Positions 39,595 to 51,900 of a DNA stretch of 64,000 bases are shown piece by piece. Made by a program: the position numbers and the translations under genes. A model generated the notes under the pieces. That model had not been told where the DNA came from, searched no databases, and saw only the letters and a list, made by a program, of their open reading frames with translations. Source of the DNA: Octopus sinensis (taxonomy: Eukaryota); contig NC_043019.1 of assembly GCF_006345805.1 (NCBI RefSeq), positions 14,631,360 through 14,695,359 of the forward strand. Reading direction: 5' to 3'. The stretch's first letter is position 1. Every line of letters starts with the position of its first letter.

Positions 39595-39867
39595 GGAGTA
39601 AACACATAAATGTGAAACAAGGTGGAAAAAAGAGTACTCAAATACCAGTGGTAGAGTAATATGCTTTATTTTAAGCAGCAGAAAATTCAACAAAATCTGT
39701 TACTCTGAGTTTCTCGTTGCCGTTCATCAGACAGTTTTTGCAAAAACTGTCTGATGAACGGCAACGAGAAACTCAGAGTAACAGATTTTGTTGAATTTTT
39801 TGCTGCTTAAAATAAAGTATATATATATATATATATTTGAATGTGTGTGCGTGTAAGTGTGTGTATG

Positions 39868-39913
<46 letters not shown>

Positions 39914-41592
39914 ATACACACACACACACATACATACATATACGTATAAGGAAACCCCTTAATTTGGGGGGCTTAAGATTTGGAAAAAAAGGTTTTGTAA
40001 AGGATTATAATACTATCCATGTATAAGAAACTCCCATATTTTTTAAACCTAATGTTTAACAAAAAACGGTTCCTTATACACACTAAAATACAGTGTGTGT
40101 GTTTGTGTGTGTGTATATATATATATATGTGCTTTTCTTTATAAGATATATCATGAACATCATCATTTAATGTGTATTTTCCATTTATATATATATATGA
40201 CAATTACACACACACACATGTATGTATGTATATTAAATATACACTTTTCTTTACAGTCTTCTATACCAAGACATGCAGTAAATAAATACTTACTCAATAT
40301 GAGATTGCAGGGAATCAGATGTGTTCACAGCCTGGGTATCAGCCTTGGAAACTTCTGAATCTGACTTGCTCTTATCTACAGAAGAGATAGCAATGGTTAA
40401 TCTTTTAAGTACAAATAATCTCAAAAGAGTGGAGCGGCAGAGCTGGCAAAGGAAACGAAGCTGTACAGCGAGCTATGCTTTTAAGAGGGTGTGGACTGTG
40501 TGCTGGGGAAGCTGGCTCCTAAACCTATTTCTTTACTACCCACAAGGGGCTAAACATAGAGGGGACAAACAAGGACAGACAAAGGTATTAAGTCGATTAC
40601 ATCGACCCCAGTGCGTGACTGGTACTTAATTTATCGACCCCGAAAGGATGAAAGGCAAAGTCGACCTCGGCGGAATTTGAACTCAGAACGTAAAGACAGA
40701 CAAAATACCTATTTCTTTATTACCCACAAGGGGCTAAACAAAGAGGGGACAAACAAGGACAGACAAAGGTATTAAGTCGATTACATCGACCCCAGTGCGT
40801 AACTGGTACTTAATTTATCGACCCCGAAAGGATGAAAGGCAAAGTTGACCTCAGCGGAATTTGAACTCACAACGTAATGACAGACGAAATACGGCTACGC
40901 ATTTCGCCCGGCGTGCTAACGTTTCTGCCAGCTCGCCACCTTCTAAACCATCTAGCTATGGTTTCAGTCCCACTAAGCAGTACCTATTTCTTTACTACCC
41001 ACAAGGGACTAAACACAGAGGGACAAACAAGGACAGACGGTTTGATTCCCGGTCTTTCAGCCACATGCCCTAAGAAGGTCATCTAGCTGTGTAGAAACCA
41101 AGCCGAAACAGACCACAGGACCTGGTATGGCCCCTGGCCTTGCCAGCTCCTGCCAGATTGTCCAATCTGTGCCAGCATGAAAAGTGGATTCTAAATTGAT
41201 CATTATCATCATCATCATCATCATCATTTAATGTCAGCTTTCCATGCTAGCATGGGTTGGACGATTTGACTGTGGGCTGGCGAACCAGATGGCTGCGCCA
41301 GGCTCCAATCTTGATCTGGCAGAGTTTCTACAGCTGGATGCCCTTCCTAACGCCAACCACTCCGGGAATGTAATGGGTGCTTTTTACGTGTCTTTTACGG
41401 CACGAGGGCCCCTTTGGCAGTACTGGCAACGGCCACACTCAAATGGTGTTTTTTACGTGCCACCTGCACAAGAAAAAAAAAAAAGCAATACTACACACAC
41501 GTCAAGAACACTAGGATGCAACTGATGGCACAGGAGAAACACACACACATACGCACACACACACACATATGCACACACACACATACACATAT

Positions 41593-41633
<41 letters not shown>

Positions 41634-41970
41634 TACGCACACACACACATATGCACACACACACACATATACACACACACACATACGCACACACACACAT
41701 ATACACACACACACACATACGCACACACACACATACGCACACATACATACGCACACACATATACACACACACATATACACACACACATACACACACACAC
41801 ATATACACACACACACATATACGCACACACACACACACACACACAACACACACATACACACACACACATACGCACACACACATATGCACACACACACATA
41901 CGCACACATACATACACACATATGCACACACATACATATGCACACACACACACACACATACGCACGCACG

Positions 41971-42005
<35 letters not shown>

Positions 42006-45000
42006 AAATGACTTACTTTTATTTGAGTTTGCTTTATCACTTTCGGGTGTTTCCTGTAAAAATAAGGCAGAATAAGAATTAGGTTAGAGTTGGAATAAAA
42101 ACTGAAATTGGGATATCGACAGAGGATTTTTGGTTGTAATAAATATTGAGTATTAAGCATGTGGATTCTTGTTAATTAAGGAAATATAATTTTTTTATTT
42201 TTTTATTATTAATTAAAACCTGAGGCAGAGACGCTAAGATCTTGCAGTAGAACTAATTATAATTGTTGAATAATCAGACAGACTCGTTTAACAATTCTAT
42301 TGGAATATTAAGTTTATGATGCATAAGGGTACCATCAATGGAAAAAAAATATTCGCTCTTTAGGTCTCACCGAGGAAATGACCAGAGACCAAGACCTTTG
42401 GAAGTATGCTGTGCGCGAGAAGACCCGGCAGGACAAGTGAGGCCATAACCCATGGCCCCTACATAGGACGTAGTCAGTCCACCTGTGCATACCTTCCTTC
42501 TTGGGACACATAACTCTACTTGTGAAGACCTGTTGAGGCAAGTGAAAATCAAATCAAATCAAAATCGATGAACATCAATGGAATTTGTAGTTTTGAGGTA
42601 CCAGTGCCGGTGGCACATAAGAAAACCATCCGAACGTGGATGTAGCCAGTACCGTATCGACTAGCCTCCGTGCTGGTGGCACGTAAAAAACACCATCCGA
42701 GTGTGGCCGTTCGCCAGCCTCGTCTGGCACCTGTGTCAGTGGCACATAAAAAGCACCCACTACACTCACGGAGTGGTTGGCGTTAGGAAGGGCATCCAGC
42801 TGTAGAAACACTGCCAGATCTGACTGGAGCCTGGTACAGCTTTCTGGCTTCCCAGACCCCAGTCGAACCGTCCAACCCATGCTAGCATGGAAAGCGGACG
42901 TTAAACAATGATGATGATGTGTTTAATGAAAGTAAGGTCTTTCACAGGTTTCCATTGACCAAGTTGGCTCACAAAGCATTGGTTATTATGAGGTTAAAGT
43001 AGCAGATACTTGCTCAAGGTGCCACACAGTGGGACTGAACTAGAAATCAGGTGGTTACAATGCAAAGTTCTCTACCATGCATCTATGCCTGTACATCATC
43101 ATCATCATCGTTTAACGTCCGCTTTCCGTGCTAGCACGGGTTGGACGGTTTGACCAGGGTCTAGGAAGCCAGGAGGATGCACCAGGCCCCAGTCTGATCT
43201 GGCAGAATTTCTACAGCTGGATGCCCTTCCTAACGCCAACCACTCCGTGAGTGTAGTGGGTGCTTTTTACGTGCCGTACCTATCTCAATTATTAGGGATG
43301 TAAAAAGCACCAGTGCCGCTTCCATCTACAAAGCACGAATGTCAGTTCCACATAAATGGCACCTGTGCCAGTACCACTTAAAAAAACACACCTGTGCCAA
43401 TGTCTCATAAAGTGCACCTGTGCAGGAGCCATATATGAAGCACACGTGCCGGTATCATGTAATATGCACCCGAGCAGGTGTCACATAAAGAACACTTGTG
43501 CCAGTGTCACATGTAAAAAGAACCCAGTACACTCTGTGAAGTGGATGGTGCTAGGAAAGGGCATCAAGCCATAGAAACCATGCTGAAACAGATGGCTGAG
43601 GGCCTGCTGTAGCCCTCCAGTTTGCCAGCTCCAGTCAAACCATCCAACCCATGCCCGGCATGGACAACAGACATTAAATGATCATGACAATGATGATGAT
43701 GTAAGAGTCCAGGTATGATCCATCCACAAACCCTACATGCCATTACTATTACTATACACCACAACGTGCCTTACTTAGAGGTCCCTCTATTATTGTATGT
43801 GAATATAGGAAACACTGAACCTTTCAGGTGAGATGACAAAGGACCGAGATGCTTGGTGCCTGGTTGTACTCAAGTAGACCCGTACTCCACAGCAGAAGTG
43901 TTAAGACCGGTTCTTCTGGTGGTGTAAAGCACTCATGACAGTGCCACATAAAAGTGCCCCATGTGGCACCATGTAAAAGCATCCATGTGGTGCTGTGCAA
44001 AAGCACCCAGCACACACTGTAAAGTGGTTAGCATGTTAGGAAGGGCATCCAGCCATAGAAACCATAGCAAACTAGACTGGAGTTTGGTGTAGCTTCCCAG
44101 CTTATCAAGCCCTGGTCAAGCCATCCAACCTATGCCAGCATGGACAACGGATGTTAAGTGATGATGATGATGAGGAGGAGGATGACACAAAGAAAATACA
44201 GCATGGATCTGAGGTATAACATATTAAGCTTAGTAGAGTGTTGCAGTTAAAAAACAAAAAATTACTCTTAAAACCATTTAAACCAGCCACGCCCAGCCCA
44301 AAACCTTTGACCTGCTTTATGTTCAATTTAGCCAGGTGTAGCCTTTCACACCTAACCTTCAATGAACATTATTCTAAAAATATCCAATCACACTATCAAA
44401 TTCTTGAAGGTAGAAGATAATTCATGACTAATTCATAGCAATCATCATCATCATCATCGTTTAACGTCCGTTCTCCATGCTAGCATGGGTTGGACGGTTC
44501 GACCGGGGATCTGGGAAGCCAGAAGGCTGCACCAGGCTCTGGTCTTATCTGGCAAAGTTTCTACAGCTGGATGCCCTTCCTAATGCCAACCACTCCAAGA
44601 GTGTAGTGGGTGCTTTTTACGTGCCAGGCGTGGCTGGCATCGGCCACGGTCGGATTGGTGGATTTTACGTGCCACCGACACGGAAGCCAGTCGAAGCGGT
44701 GCTGGCATCGGCCACGTGAATAAAAATGTGAATAAAAAAGCATTACATACGACAAGGGTAATGTGAACGCTAATGGGTTGAAAAAGAGATAATGATCAAC
44801 AGCCCTGGCCCAAACCACTTGCAGTGGATCTGTGTCGATAGAATCAGGTTGCAGTAAGCGTGACACAAATTTTGACACCAAACACTAATTAACTCTTTGG
44901 TATCTAAGCCAACCGTTTGAGGCCAATATATTTGACCTGTTTTATGTTCATATTGGCTAGATCCGACCTTTCATATCTTGCCTACAATGTCATTCTAAAA

Positions 45001-45333
45001 ATAAATGCTCACGTCATTGAAATCTCAAAGCTAGTGGATTCTCGTTATCTGGAGACTAGACACAAAGTGGATGCCAAACTGCAAAGATCAAACTCCACAT
45101 AAAGAACACACACACACACACACAAACACATACAAAAATCATCAAAAAGAAAAATATACTAAAGAGCATAGGCGCAGGAGTGGCTGTGTGGTAAGTAGCT
45201 TGCTTACCAACCACATGGTTCCGGGTTCAGTCCCACTGCGTGGCCTCTTGGGCAAGTGTCATCTACTATAGCCTCGGGCCGACCAAAGCCTTGTGAGTGG
45301 ATTTGGTAGACGGAAACTGAAGGGAAGCCCGTC

Positions 45334-45395
<62 letters not shown>

Positions 45396-46130
45396 TTGTG
45401 TGTCTGTGTTTTGTCCCCCTAGCATTGCTTGACAACCGATGCTGGTGTGTTTATGTCTCCGTCGCTTAGCGGTTCGGCAAAAGAGATCGATAGAATAAGT
45501 ACTGGGCTTACAAAAAGAATAAGTCCCGGGGTCGAGTTGCTCGATTAAAGGCGGTGCTCCAGCATAGCCGCAGTCAAATGACTGAAACAAGTAAAAGAGT
45601 AAAAGAGAGAGAGAGAGCATGTTCACCTTTGATGTAAAAAACTTCTTCATTTTGGCATAATAAGCTCTTCGCTCACTTTCTTGCTGAGCTGTGAGGAGTT
45701 GAAATTCAGCCTGGAAAATAAAATTAGATTACATTTAAAAAAAAAAAAAATTTTAAAAAAACCCAAGAAAATTGGATGTTAAATGATAATAATGATGATG
45801 GGATCTTTTCACTTTGACCGGCAGATTTTTAAAATAATTTCTTTGTAACTAAACACTTTTAAACTTCGTATACTGGTAGAATGTGTCACATAAAACATCT
45901 TTTTCTCTTGGCGTTCTTGAGAAAATTCTGTAGTTTGTAAGCTATTTCTTGTTTAATTTCTCGTATTTCGGCAATTTTAACCAATCAATGATGTCTATTG
46001 AGGTGAATACAATTACTGTTGTTGTTTGCCAACAAGTTCAACAACAACATTCTACCAGTATACGAAGTTTAAAAGTGTTTAGTTACAAAGAAATTATTTT
46101 TAAAATCTGCCGGTCGAAGTGAAAAGATCC

Positions 46131-46173
<43 letters not shown>

Positions 46174-46941
46174 CAGGCAGAGTCCGATGCTGTAACTGAC
46201 AAAGACATTGTGTAAGATGACAAGTGTTTAGGGGGAGTGCAATGCTGAGCTTCAGAAATCCCCAGAGGGGGGTATGTGGTAAATAAGGAAGAAATGTCGC
46301 AATAACAACACACGTCCAGCTGAGCTTTGATAGTAGGTGTCCAGAGAGAATGGGACTGGACAATAAGTCCTCATCCAGGACAGTGTCCATAGCTGATATA
46401 CTACTTAAACCACTACCACCTAAACTACCACTGCCACCACCACCACCACCACCATACTGTTATTACCACCACAAAAACTATCACCACCACCACTATCATC
46501 AGCATCATACCATTATTACCACTATACCAGCATCACTACCAAAGCCAGTAACAGCAACATTAGCAGTGGCACCACCACATTAGTCCTTCAGACCATTTGA
46601 TTTATAGTTAAAAAAAAAACAACCCAAAACACCATTCGAGCGTGGCCGTTGCCAGTACCGCCTGACTGGCCCTCGTGCCAGTGGCATGTAAAAGCACCCA
46701 CTACACTCTCGGGGTGGTTGGCGCTAGGAAGGGCATCCAGCTGTAGAAACTCTGCCAGATCAAGATTGGAGCCTGGTGCAGCCATCTGGTCCGCCAGTCC
46801 TCAGTCAAAATCGTCCAACCCATGCTAGCATGGAAAGTGGACGTTAAACGATGATGATGATGTTCTTAATGAAGTGACAAAGGTGCTCTTTGTCTAGTAG
46901 GATGCAGATCAACTCGTGTCAATTAAGAACCTCATAGAACA

Positions 46942-47013
<72 letters not shown>

Positions 47014-48228
47014 GCACTCAATGCTGATGTTTATGTCACTTACCATCACCCGAGGTACTTCTGTGACAATATTTTGCTTCTTCTTCGACAGTTGCGGTAG
47101 AATTTCCTCAATGCCTTTCAGGATGCCATGATGCTGGATGCTGCTTGCAGTCTCTTGGGCTTCTGACAAATCTTTCCGAGCAACTCCATTTGGCTGGGTT
47201 TGAAACAGAAGACAACACCTGGGTCAGACATTACAGCTAACTAACACAACACAAACACAGAAGAGCATCTTGTAAGAGGGCCAAAAAAAAAAATAAAAAA
47301 CCAAGGGGCCTTGTCGGTAGGATATTGCACTCACAATTGCAAGATCGAGGTTTCAGTTCTTGGACTGGGCAGTGCATTGTGTTCTTGAGCAAGACACTTC
47401 ATTTCACATTGTTCCAGTTCACTCAGTGGAAATGGTATCGTCTTACTTGGTAAGGTTATCTCAATAGATTTCTCTATAGAAATAATAACCAACACTGATT
47501 TTTGTTATGACATTTTGTATCCGAGACGCCAGATGTAGAAATGTTTAATTCATAATAAAATCCATGCTGGTTAAAATCTCTATAGAAAATCTGTAGAAAT
47601 AGCCTTGACAAGTGAATGGAAATTGCACTGCTAACACAGTAGAACATGGTATTGACATATAAAAACATTCAATATCACCGTGATCACCGTGTCCGACCAG
47701 ATTATCAGGTGTTGCTACGCATCACTGGTCACAATGCGCCTCGCATTGTTTTAGCCTTCAAGTGACGCCACTCCGCTGGCTAAGCGAGCAGGCCAACAGA
47801 AGAAAGAGTGAGAGAAAGTTGTGGCGAAAGAGTACAGAAGGGATCGCCACCACCCCCTGCCGGAGCTGCATGGAGTTTTAAGTGCTTTCGCTCAATAAAC
47901 ACTCACAACGCCCGGTCTGGGAATCGAAACCGCAATCCTACAACTGCGAGTCCGCTGCCCTAACCACTGGGCCATTGCGCCTCCACAAAAACATTCAATA
48001 TACTTTGTTGTATATCATGGTTGCACAACAAAACTACCGCATACCTGCAGGTCATTAATGTTTATGTACAGTAATTTCTCGCCATATCGTGGTTCACTTA
48101 TCACTTATGTCGATTCCTCCGTGGCGTTGTTTTGTATTTATAATTAAATAAATATATACAAATTATAGAAATAATTTTTAAAATATATACAGTACAACAC
48201 TGTTTCTACTTCACGGATTTTCACCTAT

Positions 48229-48264
<36 letters not shown>

Positions 48265-48934
48265 GGAGGGGTTGGAATGTAACACCTGTGATAGTCGAGG
48301 GATTGCTGTTCCAACTTCCAGGAATGCATTTGATATGTAAACTGGTACATCCAATAACAGTTTCTTTATTGCCCACAAGGGGCTAAACATAGAGGGGACA
48401 AACAAGGACAGACGAACAGATTAAGTCGATTACATCGACCCCAGTGCATAACTGGAACTTAATTTATCAACCCCGAAAGGATGAAAGGCAAAGTCGACCT
48501 CAGCAGAATTTGAACCTGCCAGCTCGCCGCCTTCTATCCAATAACGATACACCACTGTATTTAGTGGCTCCCTAAGCAATGCGTTTGTGGATGATTAAGG
48601 GGTTAGATGTTTGCAGATGAAGAAGCAAAACCACTGAAAGCATGGCAGATACCCCTGTTACCCTTCTTCCATCTTTGATCTCGTTGTTTGTTGATATCTG
48701 ATGTCTCGGATATGAAATGCCGTAGCAAAAATAATTGCTGACTGTAATTCCTATAGGAAAATCTTCAGGCGTAGGAGTGGCTGTGTGGTAAGCAGCTTGC
48801 TTACCAACCACATGGTTCCGGGTTCAGTCCCACTGCGTGGCACCTTGGGCAAGTGTCTTCTACTATAGCCTCGGGCCAACCAAAGCCTTGTGACTGAATT
48901 TGGTAGATGGAGAGTGAAAAAAGCTCATCGTATA

Positions 48935-48998
<64 letters not shown>

Positions 48999-51900
48999 TA
49001 GATAGATAGAGAGAGAGGTACATTTGTGAATGTGTTTGTTTGTCAGTGTTTGTCCCCCCAACATCGCTTGACAACCGATGCTGGTGTGTTTATGTCCCTG
49101 TAGCAGTTTGGCAAAAGAGACCGATAGAATAAGTCCTAGGCTTACAAAGAATAAGTCCTGGGGTGGATTTGCTCGACTAAAAGCGGTGTTCCAGCATGGC
49201 CACAGTCAAATGACTGAAACAAGTAAAAGTGTAAAGAAAGAGAGAGATAACCTTAACAAGTGATGTTATAGCACTGCTAACACAGTAGAACACAGTATTG
49301 GCTTACAAAATACATTTAATATTCTCTGTAGTATATCGTGGTTGCATAACAAAGTATGGTGTCCCAACAGAACATTAATCGCTGTGATCTTAGTTACTTA
49401 TGCACCATGGAAACTGGGTAAGTGGTTCTATGTGTTCTAGGGCTTGAGAGAGTAACGTCCAGGAGTTGATGATGTTGACGATGATGGTGATGATTGTACG
49501 ATCTGTGCATACACGTGTATGCATGCATGTGTGTGTTGGGTGCTTGTGTGTATAAATGTGTAAGTGCTTAGGTGCAAGTGTGTGTGTGTGTGAACACAAG
49601 TGAGTGTGACGTGTGGTGTCATGCGTTATATTAACATTGTGTATACTGTTTGTATTAGTTGGACCGACGGATGTCCTCGTCTTGATTGCTGCTTTCCCTA
49701 TGTCTCAGCTGTTGCCCACTCCACCCTTCTTCAGGTGTTTTGGGTTGAACTCAGTTGTCGTACTGGAAGTTTGAAGCAAACCCTTTCGTTATTTGATCCA
49801 CGGGGGTACACGGTTCTCATTCCACTCTCTGCGTTTTGTGACATAGCGTCGTAGATAAAGGCATTGGTTAATGCAGCGCAGCCACCTAGATGTTTCGAGT
49901 TCAATCCAAGGCACTAAGGCAATTCATCATCATCATCCTTTAACATTTGTTTTCCATGCTGGCATGGGTCAGATGGCATGAGTCAGCCGGCATGGGTCAG
50001 ACAGCATGGGTCAGATGGCATGGGTCAGACGGCATGGGTCAGATGGCATGGGTCAGACGGCATGGGTCAGATGACATGGGTCAGACGGCATGGGTCAGAC
50101 GGCATGGGTCAGATGGCATGCGTCAGATGGCATAGGTCTGACGGCATGGGTCAGACGGCATGCGTCAGATGGCATGGGTCTGATGGCATGGGTCAGACGG
50201 CATGCGTCAGATGGCATGGGTCGGATGGCATGGGTCAGATGGCATGGGTAAGCTGGGGAGCTGCACCAGGTTCCAGTCTCATTTGGCATGGTTTCTATGG
50301 CTGGATGCCCTTCCTAATGCCAACCCCTTTAGTTACAAAACACCAGCATCAGCCATGACTACAATTTCACTTGGCTTGACAGGTTTTCTCAAACATGGTA
50401 TCTCCCCACTGCCTTCATGCCACTGGCATAGGACACAAAAATTATCAACTGAAGCAAAAAAAATGTTACAAAATGGAGAGAGTGGAATGAGAACAGTATC
50501 TCACCCCATGGATCAAATTAAGGGTTAGGTTTGAAATTCCAAATCAACAACTGAGTTCAACACAAGACACCTGAAAAAGTGTACAACAGCTGAAACATAG
50601 TGAAAGCAACAATCAGATGAGGACACTAAGTAATATAAAAAGTATACAGAATAAAAGTTCCTCATCTTGGAAATATAGAATTGTATTACATCAACATGTT
50701 GCTTAAGGAAAAAAATGTCATTAGCAACATCAGTGAGGTGGAATTGTTTCCACAGGAAAGGAAACTTCAAGTTGTGAAACTGGCTGTGCGATGAAGGAGC
50801 TTACCAGACACAACCGCTTATACACTAGATTCCTTACTTAGCAACATGGTCAACTGTTAAAAGACAAAACATTTTAAGGAAATTACATAGAAGACCAAAA
50901 TATATTTCTGGTAATGATTGAAAAGTAAAACATTTACAGGAGATTACACAGAAGACCCAAATATATTACTGATATTGATAAATCATTTTAATAATCCTGG
51001 AGAGGTGAAAAGCAAAGTTAATCTTGGTATGAAACTAAATATTGCAAGACAATTATTCTGTTACTGCTGTCCCTTAATTGGCCGTTCTTAATCAATTCCT
51101 TATTAACAGAATTGTACTTATTTTATCACATTGACCCTGGAGGAACGGAAAGGCTAAGTGGATTTAGTGTCATTTGAAATCAAGGATAAGATTAAATATT
51201 CTTTAACATATTTACCTTCTTTGACGGTTGATTCTCCTTGTTATGTACAATTCTCCGTTTTGATGAGGAACTGGTTTTAGTGAGATATTCTGATGGCTGA
51301 GACGTGGAACTGGCTTCGGTACCAGAACTGGCTGCAAGTTCAAGTTGAACAACAACAAAAAAGATTTTTCTAGATGAAAGCAATATGAAATATATGTCCC
51401 TAAACTGTTCGGTTCGTTAGAGTCCTCCATTAAGGAAGTGACTCTAATAGAGATTGGACTGTACTGAAATGGTTGGCGCAACAGTTAAGACCGGAGTGAA
51501 AGAAGTCTGGAGAATAATTACGTTTGTTGGCAATGGGTGTGTAAAAGACAGATTGTATGAAACATGTGTAAGAAAGTGTTATCTACATGGTAGTGATACA
51601 TGGACACTGAATGTAGGAGATCTGTGGAAGCATGGGTACTACATGTGGAAATGAAAAGTGAATGTGGAAGGTCTGTGAAGACATGGATAGTGGATGTGGA
51701 AAATCTGTGGAAACATAAATATTGAAAGTGGAAGATTTGTGTGGGGGGCATGGAGAGTGAATGCTGAATATTTGTGGAAACAAGGGCTTTGAATGCAGGA
51801 GATCTGTGGAAATTTGGACACTGAATGTGAAAAATCTGAAGTGAAATGGAAACTGAAAGTGAAAGATTTGTGGAAACAGAGAGAGTGAATGTGGAAGGTC

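Noticed and set aside
47044-47193. Apparent frameshift between exon 47044 (phase 0) and exon 40375 (phase 1)
   Set aside because: Resolved by two small exons, 45627-45710 (0 to 0) and 42017-42053 (0 to 1).
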